From IMG/VR virus record IMGVR_UViG_3300044268_003784, positions 1-25,257 of that record: a DNA stretch of 25,257 nt. One strand, written 5' to 3'. Under the pieces are notes generated by a model that saw nothing but the letters and a program-made list of their open reading frames with translations, was not told where the DNA came from and made no database searches. Positions within the stretch are counted from its first letter, which is position 1, and every line of letters starts with the position of its first letter. The DNA is from a virus. Lineage: Duplodnaviria > Caudoviricetes. The translations under genes and the position numbers were made by a program. Shown one piece after another: positions 1 to 8,758 of this stretch.

Positions 1-1650
1 AATGATGGCTCTGCAGATGAAGCTAGAGCTATGTATATTAAATATACAGGCACATTAGATAGTGCTTGTACTATAACAATAGGGCCAAACACATTAAAAA
101 GAGTACATTTTATAGAGAATGGAACATCAGGCAGTCAAAACATCATAATAAAACAAGGTTCTGGATCTACAGTAACTATTGGTCCAGGAGATGTTAAGGT
201 AGTTTATTTAGATGGAGCAGGCTCAGGGGCAGCGGTAAATGACGCTTTTGCAAGTTTATCTACAGTAGATTTAAAAGTTAGTGATGATTTAACAGTTACA
301 GATGACGCTTCTGTAGGTGGTGACTTATTAGTAAGCGGTGAAGTACAAACAGCAAATATAGGTTTTACTGATGGTGATAATGCCATCACTATTGCAGATG
401 GTGGTGGTATTACTGCCGCTAATGGTATTACATCAACTGCCGCTTCTAACTCTTTTGGAGCTACTAGCTTTAACGATTCAAACATAACAAACGTAGGGGA
501 TATAGCTTTAGATAGTTTGTCAGCAGACGGCTCTAGTATTTCTATTGCAAGTCCAGTAGTTATAAATGGCACTACGCCTAGTTTAACTATAGGAGATGCA
601 GGAGCAGAAGACACAAGTCTAGTCTTTGATGGCAACGCGAAAGATTTTTATGTTGGGTTAGATGATAGTGCTGATAAATTAGTAGTAGGTGTAGGCTCAA
701 CAGTTGGTACAAACTCAATATTAACATTAGATGATGATTCAGTTGTTATAGGTGATGGAGCAGCAGTAGATACTTCAATAGTATTTGACGGCAACGCGCA
801 GGATTTTTATATCGCACTTGACGATTCTGCTGATGATTTATTGATCGGAAATGGCAGTACAGTAGGCTCTAACGTAGCTATAGGTATAAATGAAAGCCAA
901 GTAGTGCAGTTCAATGGAGCTTATACATTCCCAACATCAGATGGTAGTGCTAACCAAGTTTTACAAACAAATGGTAGTGGAGCTTTATCATTTGGCTCTG
1001 TATCTGGTAGCACACCTACGTTAATTTCAGACGCTGACGGCGATACTAAAGTTCAATGTGAGGAATCCTCTGACGAAGATATTATCAGATTTGATACAGG
1101 GGGTACGGAGAGAGGATTTATTAAAAATGATTTCACACATCTAAACAGATTAACTATTAACGATACAGGTGATTTTGATGATGCAAATACAATGTTGCAT
1201 GTTAGAGGTACAGATAGGAATGATGGTCCATTGGCTATAAGAAATGATTCAGGCGACCAATCTTCATATAGAATGATACATTACTACAGAAAACAAGATA
1301 CTACTCCTGTTGGAGTTACAAGTATAGATATGACAGGCTCAGCAATTCTTCACACTTTTTTATCTGATGAAAGATTAAAAGATGAATTAGGTCCTGCTGA
1401 TGGTATGAATCTTATATCTGAACTAAATCCAATCAAGTTTAAATTCAAAGATGGTACAGGTACAGGCTCACAAGGTTTTACAGCACAAGCATTTAAACAA
1501 GCCTTTGATAATGTTGGCTCACATCCAAGAGGTGTAGAGGTGCCTGATAACGCAGATGACTATTGGTATTTAGACGATACTGCTTTAGTACCAAATTTAG
1601 TCAAAGCTATACAAGAACTAGAGGCTAGAATATCAACCCTAGAGGGTTAA
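1..1650 (+). CDS. Tail fibre/spike protein with C-terminal intramolecular chaperone (peptidase S74-like); 5'-truncated by window edge
   Basis: Frame is open from base 1 (NDGSADEARAMYIKYTGTLD...), so the ATG at 31 is probably internal. G/S/T/D-rich beta-type sequence with the tail-fibre motif YTFPTSDGSANQVLQTNGSGALSF. C-terminal SDERLK...LNPIKF...GFTAQ...LVKAIQELEARI matches the S74 chaperone pattern. Confidence 0.88.
   Translation, partial: NDGSADEARAMYIKYTGTLDSACTITIGPNTLKRVHFIENGTSGSQNIIIKQGSGSTVTIGPGDVKVVYLDGAGSGAAVNDAFASLSTVDLKVSDDLTVTDDASVGGDLLVSGEVQTANIGFTDGDNAITIADGGGITAANGITSTAASNSFGATSFNDSNITNVGDIALDSLSADGSSISIASPVVINGTTPSLTIGDAGAEDTSLVFDGNAKDFYVGLDDSADKLVVGVGSTVGTNSILTLDDDSVVIGDGAAVDTSIVFDGNAQDFYIALDDSADDLLIGNGSTVGSNVAIGINESQVVQFNGAYTFPTSDGSANQVLQTNGSGALSFGSVSGSTPTLISDADGDTKVQCEESSDEDIIRFDTGGTERGFIKNDFTHLNRLTINDTGDFDDANTMLHVRGTDRNDGPLAIRNDSGDQSSYRMIHYYRKQDTTPVGVTSIDMTGSAILHTFLSDERLKDELGPADGMNLISELNPIKFKFKDGTGTGSQGFTAQAFKQAFDNVGSHPRGVEVPDNADDYWYLDDTALVPNLVKAIQELEARISTLEG
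589..906 (+). repeat. Two tandem 53-aa (159-nt) repeat units inside the tail fibre
   Basis: IGDAGAEDTSLVFDGNAKDFYVGLDDSADKLVVGVGSTVGTN starts at 589; IGDGAAVDTSIVFDGNAQDFYIALDDSADDLLIGNGSTVGSN starts at 748. Confidence 0.9.
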
Positions 1651-1651
1651 A

Positions 1652-1834
1652 ATGCAAGACAAAAGCTTTTATTTAAATATATTGCAACTTATAGATTATT
1701 CTTGTAAAAACGGAGCTTGGGTTGGCAAAGACCTATCTTTCGTTTCTGCGGTAAGACAAGAAACCGTAAAAAGATTACAAGAGTCTGAAGTTGTAGAACA
1801 AAAAAAAGATAAGGATAAAAAAGATGTGGAATAA
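1652..1834 (+). CDS. Small hypothetical phage protein (60 aa)
   Basis: Starts 1 nt after the tail fibre stop; LIDxxxxxGAWxGxDLxxV pattern recalled from small phage proteins. Confidence 0.75.
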   Translation: MQDKSFYLNILQLIDYSCKNGAWVGKDLSFVSAVRQETVKRLQESEVVEQKKDKDKKDVE

Positions 1835-1961
1835 ATTTTTAGAAATGTTAGGCTTTGTATGGGTTCGTCAAAGAGATAAAGATGGTAAATATATTCCTGA
1901 CAACAAAAAAACAAAACACAAAAATGAGGCTTGGAAAAGAGTCTGGAGGTATAAGAAATGA
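1824..1961 (+). CDS. Small basic hypothetical protein (45 aa), absent from ORF track
   Basis: Hand translation MWNKFLEMLGFVWVRQRDKDGKYIPDNKKTKHKNEAWKRVWRYKK*; AAGGA upstream; overlaps both neighbours (ATGA overlap at 1958-1961). Confidence 0.7.
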   Translation: MWNKFLEMLGFVWVRQRDKDGKYIPDNKKTKHKNEAWKRVWRYKK

Positions 1962-2128
1962 TGTATTTTTTGAATTGGTTAAGTGATTTAATTATTAGTT
2001 TATCTGTAATAATTAGTTTGGCCTCTATTTTATCGACTCTCACCCCTAGTGAAAGAGATGATAAATGGATCAGCAAACTATATGATTATTTAGATCTGAT
2101 TGCTTTGAAGTTTAAGGTAAAAAAATAA
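1958..2128 (+). CDS. Small membrane protein, holin-like (56 aa), absent from ORF track
   Basis: MMYFLNWLSDLIISLSVIISLASILSTLTPSERDDKWISKLYDYLDLIALKFKVKK*; GGAGG at 1945-1949; hydrophobic helix, TPxxxDD motif and basic tail; TAATG overlap with next gene. Confidence 0.75.
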   Translation: MMYFLNWLSDLIISLSVIISLASILSTLTPSERDDKWISKLYDYLDLIALKFKVKK

Positions 2129-2349
2129 TGGCAAGAAAAACGGCTGCAGACGTACACCTAGAGCTTGCTGTTCATGAAAAAGAATGTAGCGAGAGGTGGA
2201 AAACAGCTTTCGCAAAGTTTGAAGAAATAGATAGTGATGTAAAAGAAGTAAGAGATAAAATTGATGCAGGTAATAAATCAATAATAGGATTACTAGGTAT
2301 TTTGATTACTAGCATGATTACTCTTATCATCAGGAACTTTATATCTTGA
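2128..2349 (+). CDS. Coiled-coil protein with C-terminal TM helix (XhlA/holin-like)
   Basis: HEKECSERW motif, heptad-like middle, C-terminal hydrophobic IIGLLGILITSMITLII. Confidence 0.7.
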   Translation: MARKTAADVHLELAVHEKECSERWKTAFAKFEEIDSDVKEVRDKIDAGNKSIIGLLGILITSMITLIIRNFIS

Positions 2350-2399
2350 ATATAAATATTATTTATAATAATTATAAACAGTATTTATGATCGTAGATT

Positions 2400-2816
2400 A
2401 TGTCTTTTTCACAAAAGATTGGAAGAGCTGGTGAATTTTTAGCGGCAAGCTACCTCATACGCCACCTAGAAGAAGTCTTTGAGGCACCACCCTCTGCAAG
2501 ATACGATTACTTATCACAAGATCAAAAAAATTCTTACAAAATACAAGTTAAAACTAGCGCCTCCTGTTTTGATCATCATTCATCTGACTGGGTGAGATGG
2601 GATATAAATAAAAAAGTTAACAAAACAAAAAAAACATATAATTCTGCAGAGGTAGACATATTTGCTTTTGTTTATTTACCGTTAAATATAGTAGAATTTT
2701 TACCAAACCATAAATTAGGAAAAACATATCAGAAAAAGGTAGAATATTTAAAAGAAGTAGATACTCTTAAATCTTTAAGACGCTCTATAACTATTATTGA
2801 TACATTAAAAACATGA
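2400..2816 (+). CDS. PD-(D/E)XK endonuclease (homing-endonuclease-like)
   Basis: GRAGEFLAASYL helix, YDYL, KIQVKTS and VDIFAFV motifs typical of small PD-(D/E)XK endonucleases; ATGA overlap with next gene. Confidence 0.78.
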   Translation: MSFSQKIGRAGEFLAASYLIRHLEEVFEAPPSARYDYLSQDQKNSYKIQVKTSASCFDHHSSDWVRWDINKKVNKTKKTYNSAEVDIFAFVYLPLNIVEFLPNHKLGKTYQKKVEYLKEVDTLKSLRRSITIIDTLKT

Positions 2817-4678
2817 GTATACAAAAATATATATTTAGGCCAGGGATTAATAGAGAAGGTACTGCTTACGATAATGAAGGGGGTTGGTTTGATTGTAATT
2901 TAATTAGATTTAGATCAGGAAGACCAGAAAAATTTGCTGGATGGCGTAAAACTACTGATTCGTCTATAACAGGAACCGCAAGAGCTTTGCATAATTGGAT
3001 ATCGTTAGAAGGTAGTAAGTATTTAGGTATAGGCACACATCTTAAATATTTAATAAAAGAAGGCACTACAATAAATGATGTTACACCGATTAGACTAACC
3101 ACCTCTGCAGGAGATGTAACCTTTAGTGCGTCTAATGGATCTTCGGAATTAACAGTCACAGATACCGCACATGGAGCAGTCAAAAATGATTTTGTAACTT
3201 TTAGTGGGGCTACGTCATTAGGTGGCAATATTGTTGCCGCAGTCCTGAATCAAGAATATCAAATAGATACGATAGTAAATGCAAATTCATATAAAATTAC
3301 GGCTAAAGATACATCTGGCTCTACTGTAACTGCTAATTCTTCCGATACCGGTAATGGTGGATCAAGTGTGGTAGGAGCTTATCAAATAAATGTAGGCCTT
3401 GATTTTTATGTTTCATCTACTGGTTGGGGAGCTAATGGATGGGGTGATGGGACTTGGGGTACGACAGCAGCTTTATCAGAGACAAACCAACTTAGATTAT
3501 GGTCACATGATAATTTTGGTGAAAATTTAATTATTAATGCTAGAGCTGGTGGTATATTTAGATGGTTAGAAAGTGGCGGATTAAGCACTAGAGCAGTAGA
3601 ACTATCAGGTATTACAGGTGCAAATCTAGTGCCAACAAAAGCATTACAAGTTATTACATCAGAAATCGACAGACATCTTATTGTTTTGGGCGCTGATCCA
3701 TTAAATGCTTCAGGTACTGCAAGAACTGGCTCAGTAGATCCTATGTTTGTAGCATTTTCAGATCAAGAAAATGAACTAGAGTTTGAGCCAAAAATTGATA
3801 ATACCGCAGGCTCAGTACGGCTTTCTTCTGGATCTACTATAGTTGGTGCTGTTAAATCAAGACAAGAAACAGTAATTTTTACAGATACCTCTGTTTACAG
3901 CATGCAGTTTGTTGGACCACCTTTTACTTTTGCACTAAATTTAATAAACGAAGCTACAGGATTAGTAGGTCCAAATGCAGCAGTTACAGGACCTAATGGT
4001 GTATATTTTATGTCATACGATAATTTTTATGTATACAACGGGACAGTACAAAAAATACCTTGTAGTGTTTTAAATTTTGTTTTCTCTAATTTTAACAGCG
4101 AGCAAGCCTACAAAGTAACCGCCTTCACAAACACAAAAGAAAACGAAATAGGCTGGTTTTATCCATCCGCAACTTCGCAAGAAATAGACAGATATGTTAT
4201 TTACAACTACGAAGAAAAAGCTTGGTATTATGGTCAACTGGTTAGAACTGTATGGTTAGACTCTGGAGTAGAGCCCTTCCCACAGGCCGTTGGTAGTAAT
4301 AGTCTTTTTGAACATGAATTTGGTTTTAATGATGATGGCAGCGAAATGACTGGTGTATTTATAGAATCTTCTGACTTTGATATAGGGGATGGTGAAAACT
4401 TTATCTTTATCAAAAAAATAATACCAGATGTTAAATTTTTGTCATCAGAAGAGGGTAATGTAAATTTTGTTACAAAAGTGCGAAACTTCCCTGGCGACAG
4501 CTTATCTACAGTAGCCACATCAACCGTAGACTCTAACACACAACAATCACACATTAGAGGCAGAGGAAGACAGGCTGTAATAAGAATAGCGTCTAATGAT
4601 GGAGATAGTGGTAATGATGGAGTTGGCTGGAGATTAGGAGCGACTAGACTAGATATTAGACAAGACGGAAGAAGATAA
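2813..4678 (+). CDS. Tail tubular / head-tail stabilisation (nozzle) protein
   Basis: 621 aa beta-rich protein (FRPGINREGT..., FSDQEN, AGSVRLSSGS..IVGA, YVYNGTVQKIPC, IRGRGRQ..IRI, DGRR end) immediately upstream of the ejection proteins, as in podovirus tail modules. Confidence 0.75.
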   Translation: MSIQKYIFRPGINREGTAYDNEGGWFDCNLIRFRSGRPEKFAGWRKTTDSSITGTARALHNWISLEGSKYLGIGTHLKYLIKEGTTINDVTPIRLTTSAGDVTFSASNGSSELTVTDTAHGAVKNDFVTFSGATSLGGNIVAAVLNQEYQIDTIVNANSYKITAKDTSGSTVTANSSDTGNGGSSVVGAYQINVGLDFYVSSTGWGANGWGDGTWGTTAALSETNQLRLWSHDNFGENLIINARAGGIFRWLESGGLSTRAVELSGITGANLVPTKALQVITSEIDRHLIVLGADPLNASGTARTGSVDPMFVAFSDQENELEFEPKIDNTAGSVRLSSGSTIVGAVKSRQETVIFTDTSVYSMQFVGPPFTFALNLINEATGLVGPNAAVTGPNGVYFMSYDNFYVYNGTVQKIPCSVLNFVFSNFNSEQAYKVTAFTNTKENEIGWFYPSATSQEIDRYVIYNYEEKAWYYGQLVRTVWLDSGVEPFPQAVGSNSLFEHEFGFNDDGSEMTGVFIESSDFDIGDGENFIFIKKIIPDVKFLSSEEGNVNFVTKVRNFPGDSLSTVATSTVDSNTQQSHIRGRGRQAVIRIASNDGDSGNDGVGWRLGATRLDIRQDGRR

Positions 4679-4902
4679 TGCACCCAGAAGTAAGTTTATT
4701 AGAAGCATTAAGAAAAAAATATATCGGCGATATAGCTGTACATGAAGCAAATATTTTGGCTTACGAGATTAGTCCAGTTGGTATAGGAGAACATTCTGAC
4801 ATAGTTCAATCTTTAGATGTAGAGGTAGAAAAATTAGCGAGTGCAAAAGATAAATTAAATGCTGTAGAGATTTTAATACAAAATTTTCATATAGATGGCT
4901 AA
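4678..4902 (+). CDS. Hypothetical phage protein (74 aa)
   Basis: TAATG coupling; PVGIGEHSDI motif recalled from small marine phage proteins. Confidence 0.75.
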   Translation: MHPEVSLLEALRKKYIGDIAVHEANILAYEISPVGIGEHSDIVQSLDVEVEKLASAKDKLNAVEILIQNFHIDG

Positions 4903-5206
4903 ATTATTACCAACAAGACTTCCAATAGCTACTGGCGATCAAGTATCTGTAGAAATTTTTAACCGTTTGGTAAGAATATTAGAAATCAATCTAGGTGGTT
5001 TTGACCCTACTTTTACGTTACAATTAAATCAAACCGAACGTGATACAGCCCAACTTGAAGCTGGCACGCTAATATTCAATACAACTACAGAAGTATTGCA
5101 GATGTTCGACGGAACACAATTTATTGACCTAACAAGTCACCGTACCTATCCTACAGGATTGAGTGCGACAAGCTCGTTAGGCAGCGTAACAGTTACAATT
5201 ACATAA
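4895..5206 (+). CDS. Small virion/tail-associated protein (103 aa)
   Basis: Overlaps upstream gene; ERD...GTLIFNTTTEVLQMFDG motif typical of tail-fibre-associated domains. Confidence 0.7.
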   Translation: MAKLLPTRLPIATGDQVSVEIFNRLVRILEINLGGFDPTFTLQLNQTERDTAQLEAGTLIFNTTTEVLQMFDGTQFIDLTSHRTYPTGLSATSSLGSVTVTIT

Positions 5207-5207
5207 T

Positions 5208-7064
5208 ATGCAAGGTATAGAAAGTTTAAAAAATAAGGGTAGATTCGGAGATACAGAGTTAGCACATTTAACTCCTGGTGAAGTAGTTTTGCCTGCCGAT
5301 TTTTTAGGCAAATATCCTAGTCTTAAAACAGCCGTACAAAAAGCTTTAAAAAAAGAAGACACTCTTTTAAATGAACTTATAGTTGGCAACGAACTAAATT
5401 CTATAAATCCACAAACAGGATTACCTGAGTTTTTTCTCAAAAAATTTAAAAAGAAAATAGGTAAATTCTTCAAAAAAGTTAGAAAAGTTTTAGACCCTGT
5501 TGCAGAAATAGCAAAATTTGTACCTGGTCCTTGGCAGGCTCCAGCTAATATTTATTCCAAAGCTAGAGCAGCAGGCCGTATAGTAACAGGCGAAGGTGGT
5601 ATTGGTGATGCTATAAGTTTATTTACAGGCCCGAAAGTTTTCGGAGAAGGCGGTAGTTTATCCCAATTAGGTGGAGGTACAGGATCTATTGGTGACACTT
5701 TTAGCAGTATAAAAGAATATGTGTTACCGGGCGAGGATAAAAGAGGTATCTTTAAAAATTTAGGCAGAGATCTTTTTGGGATGGGGCAGCAACAACAAGT
5801 AGCTCAACAAGAAGAGACTAGCGAATTTAATTATGCAGTCACAAAACAACAAAGAGAAAAAGCACAAAACTATTTAAATAATTTATCGCCGGATGATTTA
5901 AAAAGAATACAAGAATTTCAACCAGATTTGTACAAACAACTTATGTATGAGTCAGGTCAAATTCAACCTTTACAATCTTTGGTGCCAACAGTTATGGATA
6001 AAGATGGTAGACCAGTACCAGTAAATCAACTAAGATCCTCCGGTATTTTTCAAACACCTAGTGGTAGGAAGTTCAACATTTTAGATGATTTATTTGGTAT
6101 TGATCCAGGGGGAGGCGGTATATTTGGGTCTTTAGGTAATGTAAGAGAGGGTGTTAAAAGTGTTACAGGAATAGATCCTACATTAGCTTTATTAGCAAAA
6201 AGATATGGTGAATTAACAGAAAAAGCATTACGAGAGAGACAAGGAGGCATGCAAGACGTTAGAGCAGGAATAAGAAAAGATTTAGCACCAGTACAAACAT
6301 TTGGACCGGGCGGTTTTGATTTAGGACTGGGGGGCGGTTTTAATAACCCCAGACCACAAATAAATGCTTTTGCAAAAGGTGGTGCTGTTGTTGGTGAATC
6401 AGATTATGCCGAAGGTGGTCCAGCTAACAAAAAATCATTTGAATTGCTAATAAGCCCAGAGGGTTTAATTCTAGACGAATCTAATGCGGCTATAAGACAG
6501 CAAAGCATATTCGGGAAAGTCATGAGAAGTTTAGAGGACATACCTGACAGAGATTTTGATGCGTATGTTGAAGCTGTAAGAAAAGGACAAGTAAAAGATG
6601 ATTTATCAGACAGAGCGGTATATGTAGAAACTGGTAAACCTGTTAACGAACCAGACCCAAATGCACCTTTCAAAATGCCTTTAAGAACAGCTTATGATAA
6701 TCATCCAGAAATATTTGAATTGGCAGTTAAATATGTAAAAAATACAAAAAAAGTAGGAAAAGCAAAAGGCGGAATAATGGACACAGATGAAGCGTTAGAA
6801 TATGCAGAGGGTGGAGATGTTTTAGATATGAGATCAGGTGGTGAGTCTATCGGACCTGGTACCGGCACCTCAGATGATATACCGGCTATGTTGTCAGACG
6901 GTGAATTTGTTATGACTGCTAAGGCAAACTTAGGTGCAGGTAGTATGCAAATGAAAAAGAAAAAAGGTGGTATTATGGAGTTATCACCAGCACTAGAACC
7001 AGACAGACAAAGAGGTGCAAAAAACATGATGAAATTAATGAAATATTTTGAAGGAGTAGCATGA
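5208..7064 (+). CDS. Internal virion / ejection protein 1 (618 aa)
   Basis: N-terminal GRFGDTELAHLTPGEVVLP...INPQTGLPEF, Gly-rich middle, C-terminal GPGTGTSDDIPAMLSDGEFV; located after the tail tube gene. Confidence 0.7.
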   Translation: MQGIESLKNKGRFGDTELAHLTPGEVVLPADFLGKYPSLKTAVQKALKKEDTLLNELIVGNELNSINPQTGLPEFFLKKFKKKIGKFFKKVRKVLDPVAEIAKFVPGPWQAPANIYSKARAAGRIVTGEGGIGDAISLFTGPKVFGEGGSLSQLGGGTGSIGDTFSSIKEYVLPGEDKRGIFKNLGRDLFGMGQQQQVAQQEETSEFNYAVTKQQREKAQNYLNNLSPDDLKRIQEFQPDLYKQLMYESGQIQPLQSLVPTVMDKDGRPVPVNQLRSSGIFQTPSGRKFNILDDLFGIDPGGGGIFGSLGNVREGVKSVTGIDPTLALLAKRYGELTEKALRERQGGMQDVRAGIRKDLAPVQTFGPGGFDLGLGGGFNNPRPQINAFAKGGAVVGESDYAEGGPANKKSFELLISPEGLILDESNAAIRQQSIFGKVMRSLEDIPDRDFDAYVEAVRKGQVKDDLSDRAVYVETGKPVNEPDPNAPFKMPLRTAYDNHPEIFELAVKYVKNTKKVGKAKGGIMDTDEALEYAEGGDVLDMRSGGESIGPGTGTSDDIPAMLSDGEFVMTAKANLGAGSMQMKKKKGGIMELSPALEPDRQRGAKNMMKLMKYFEGVA

Positions 7065-8758
7065 GAGGACGTAATATAGATTTTGGCCCGAAGTTTACAA
7101 CGGACAGATTTGGCATGCCAGTAATTACACAAGCACCATTACCTAGCGATTTACCTAGAAGTATGAGAATTGCTAATCCAAGACGTAATGATAACTTTGG
7201 AAGTGAAAACGAAAAACAGATGGAACAATTCCGTAGAGATATGGCAAGCCTACCACCAGGAGTAGAACCTGGAGGTCAATTTTTTTTAGGCCCAAATGGT
7301 GAGCGACTTTATCGACCGCCTATGCCTCAAGCAGCACCTGGTATGATGCAGGCACAAGTTATGCCACCAGCTATTAATTTAGATACTGGAGAACCTGTAT
7401 TAAATACTTTACCAAATCCCAGTGATATACCAGATTTTAGACCAGATGATTTACAACCACAATTTCCAGATGCTGATGTTGACTTAGGTATGGCAGGAGA
7501 CGTAGTGCCAGGCTCAGGTGAGACAGGGGGAGAAGAATCTGGCTCAGAGGTCGTGACAGACCCAGTTCCTGCAGTAGATACAGGGCCAGCTCCACTTAGA
7601 CCTGTTTTAGGCCAACAAGAAGTATCAGAGGTAATTAGCGACCCATTAGTGCGTTCCTTATACTTTGGTACAGAGGACACACCTGGATTTTTTAATCAGC
7701 TTCAACAAGCAGCTGCATCAGCAATACAACAACAAATACCGTTACAACAAACCGCAGGCTTAACACCATTAGAACAGACTGCTATAGATAGATCTGTAGC
7801 CGGTTTAGGTGGATTTGAGCCGTTTTTACAACAACAACAAAAAGCAATAGAAGAAGCAGTTGGTTTGGAGCGTGCTGGTGGTGCTCTTATGCAACCATAT
7901 TTTTCTAGAGCAGAGCAACAATTTGGTACAGGTCTTGGCAGTCTATTACAGTCTCTTGGACAAACAGGCCCATCAGCAAGAGAGTTCCAAAGAGCAAGTT
8001 TAGTGGGTTTTGATCCAAGATCAGCAGGTGCTTTTTTTAATCCTTTTGAAGAGCAAGTTGTGCAAAGAACAATAGATGATGTTTTACGTGCAGGTGAAAT
8101 TAGAGATATAGAACAAAGAGCAAGAGATATACAAGCAGGAGGCGAATCCGCCTTCGGATCTAGAGCCAGACTAACAGCTGCCGAACGTCAGAGAGCTCTT
8201 GGAAAAGGGTTAGGTGAAGCACTAGCTGGCATAAGATCTGGAGGTTTCCAACAAGCTTTAGGACAAGCGCAAAGAGAATCAGAGTTCCAAAGAGGTGGAT
8301 TAGAAAGAGCTGCAAGTTTTGAATCTGGATTAGGGGCAAGAGAACTAGAAGCAAGAAGAGGTTTTGGACAAGATCTATTAACTGTAGGTGGACAAAGATC
8401 ACAGCTTGCTAGAAGCATAGGGCAAAATCTAGCTGCTTATGGTAGAGATATAGGTGCTCTAGGTAGAGAAAGACAAGATCTAGCGCAAAAAGAAAGAAGA
8501 GAACTGATGGGGCTAGGACAAGTACAAAGAGGCATATTAGATACACAACTAGCAAGACAATTTGAACAGCAAAGAAAACAAATGGATAGACCTTTATCAG
8601 TCTTAGGACAGGTAGGTAGTCTCTTGCCTGGATATCAACAAGCAAGCACCAAAATAGGTAGTGCATATGGATTGCCTACAGACCCTGCAGCTGGAGGTTT
8701 AGGTGCAGGACTAAGTTTATATTCTGGGCTAGTAAACCCGAAAACATACGGAAACTAA
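7061..8758 (+). CDS. Internal virion / DNA-transfer (pilot-like) protein 2 (565 aa)
   Basis: AGGAG SD and ATGA overlap; Pro-rich N-terminus; Q/G/A-rich helical body (NPFEEQVV...SAFGSRA); C-terminal GGLGAGLSLY. Confidence 0.7.
   Translation: MRGRNIDFGPKFTTDRFGMPVITQAPLPSDLPRSMRIANPRRNDNFGSENEKQMEQFRRDMASLPPGVEPGGQFFLGPNGERLYRPPMPQAAPGMMQAQVMPPAINLDTGEPVLNTLPNPSDIPDFRPDDLQPQFPDADVDLGMAGDVVPGSGETGGEESGSEVVTDPVPAVDTGPAPLRPVLGQQEVSEVISDPLVRSLYFGTEDTPGFFNQLQQAAASAIQQQIPLQQTAGLTPLEQTAIDRSVAGLGGFEPFLQQQQKAIEEAVGLERAGGALMQPYFSRAEQQFGTGLGSLLQSLGQTGPSAREFQRASLVGFDPRSAGAFFNPFEEQVVQRTIDDVLRAGEIRDIEQRARDIQAGGESAFGSRARLTAAERQRALGKGLGEALAGIRSGGFQQALGQAQRESEFQRGGLERAASFESGLGARELEARRGFGQDLLTVGGQRSQLARSIGQNLAAYGRDIGALGRERQDLAQKERRELMGLGQVQRGILDTQLARQFEQQRKQMDRPLSVLGQVGSLLPGYQQASTKIGSAYGLPTDPAAGGLGAGLSLYSGLVNPKTYGN

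Noticed and set aside
589-906. Tail fibre repeat as a DGR template/variable repeat pair
   Set aside because: Differences are not adenine-specific, both copies are in-frame coding, and no reverse transcriptase is present in the window.
8138-8155. Hairpin GGAGGCG-AATC-CGCCTTC inside ejection protein 2
   Set aside because: No U-tract; explained by codons for GGESAF.
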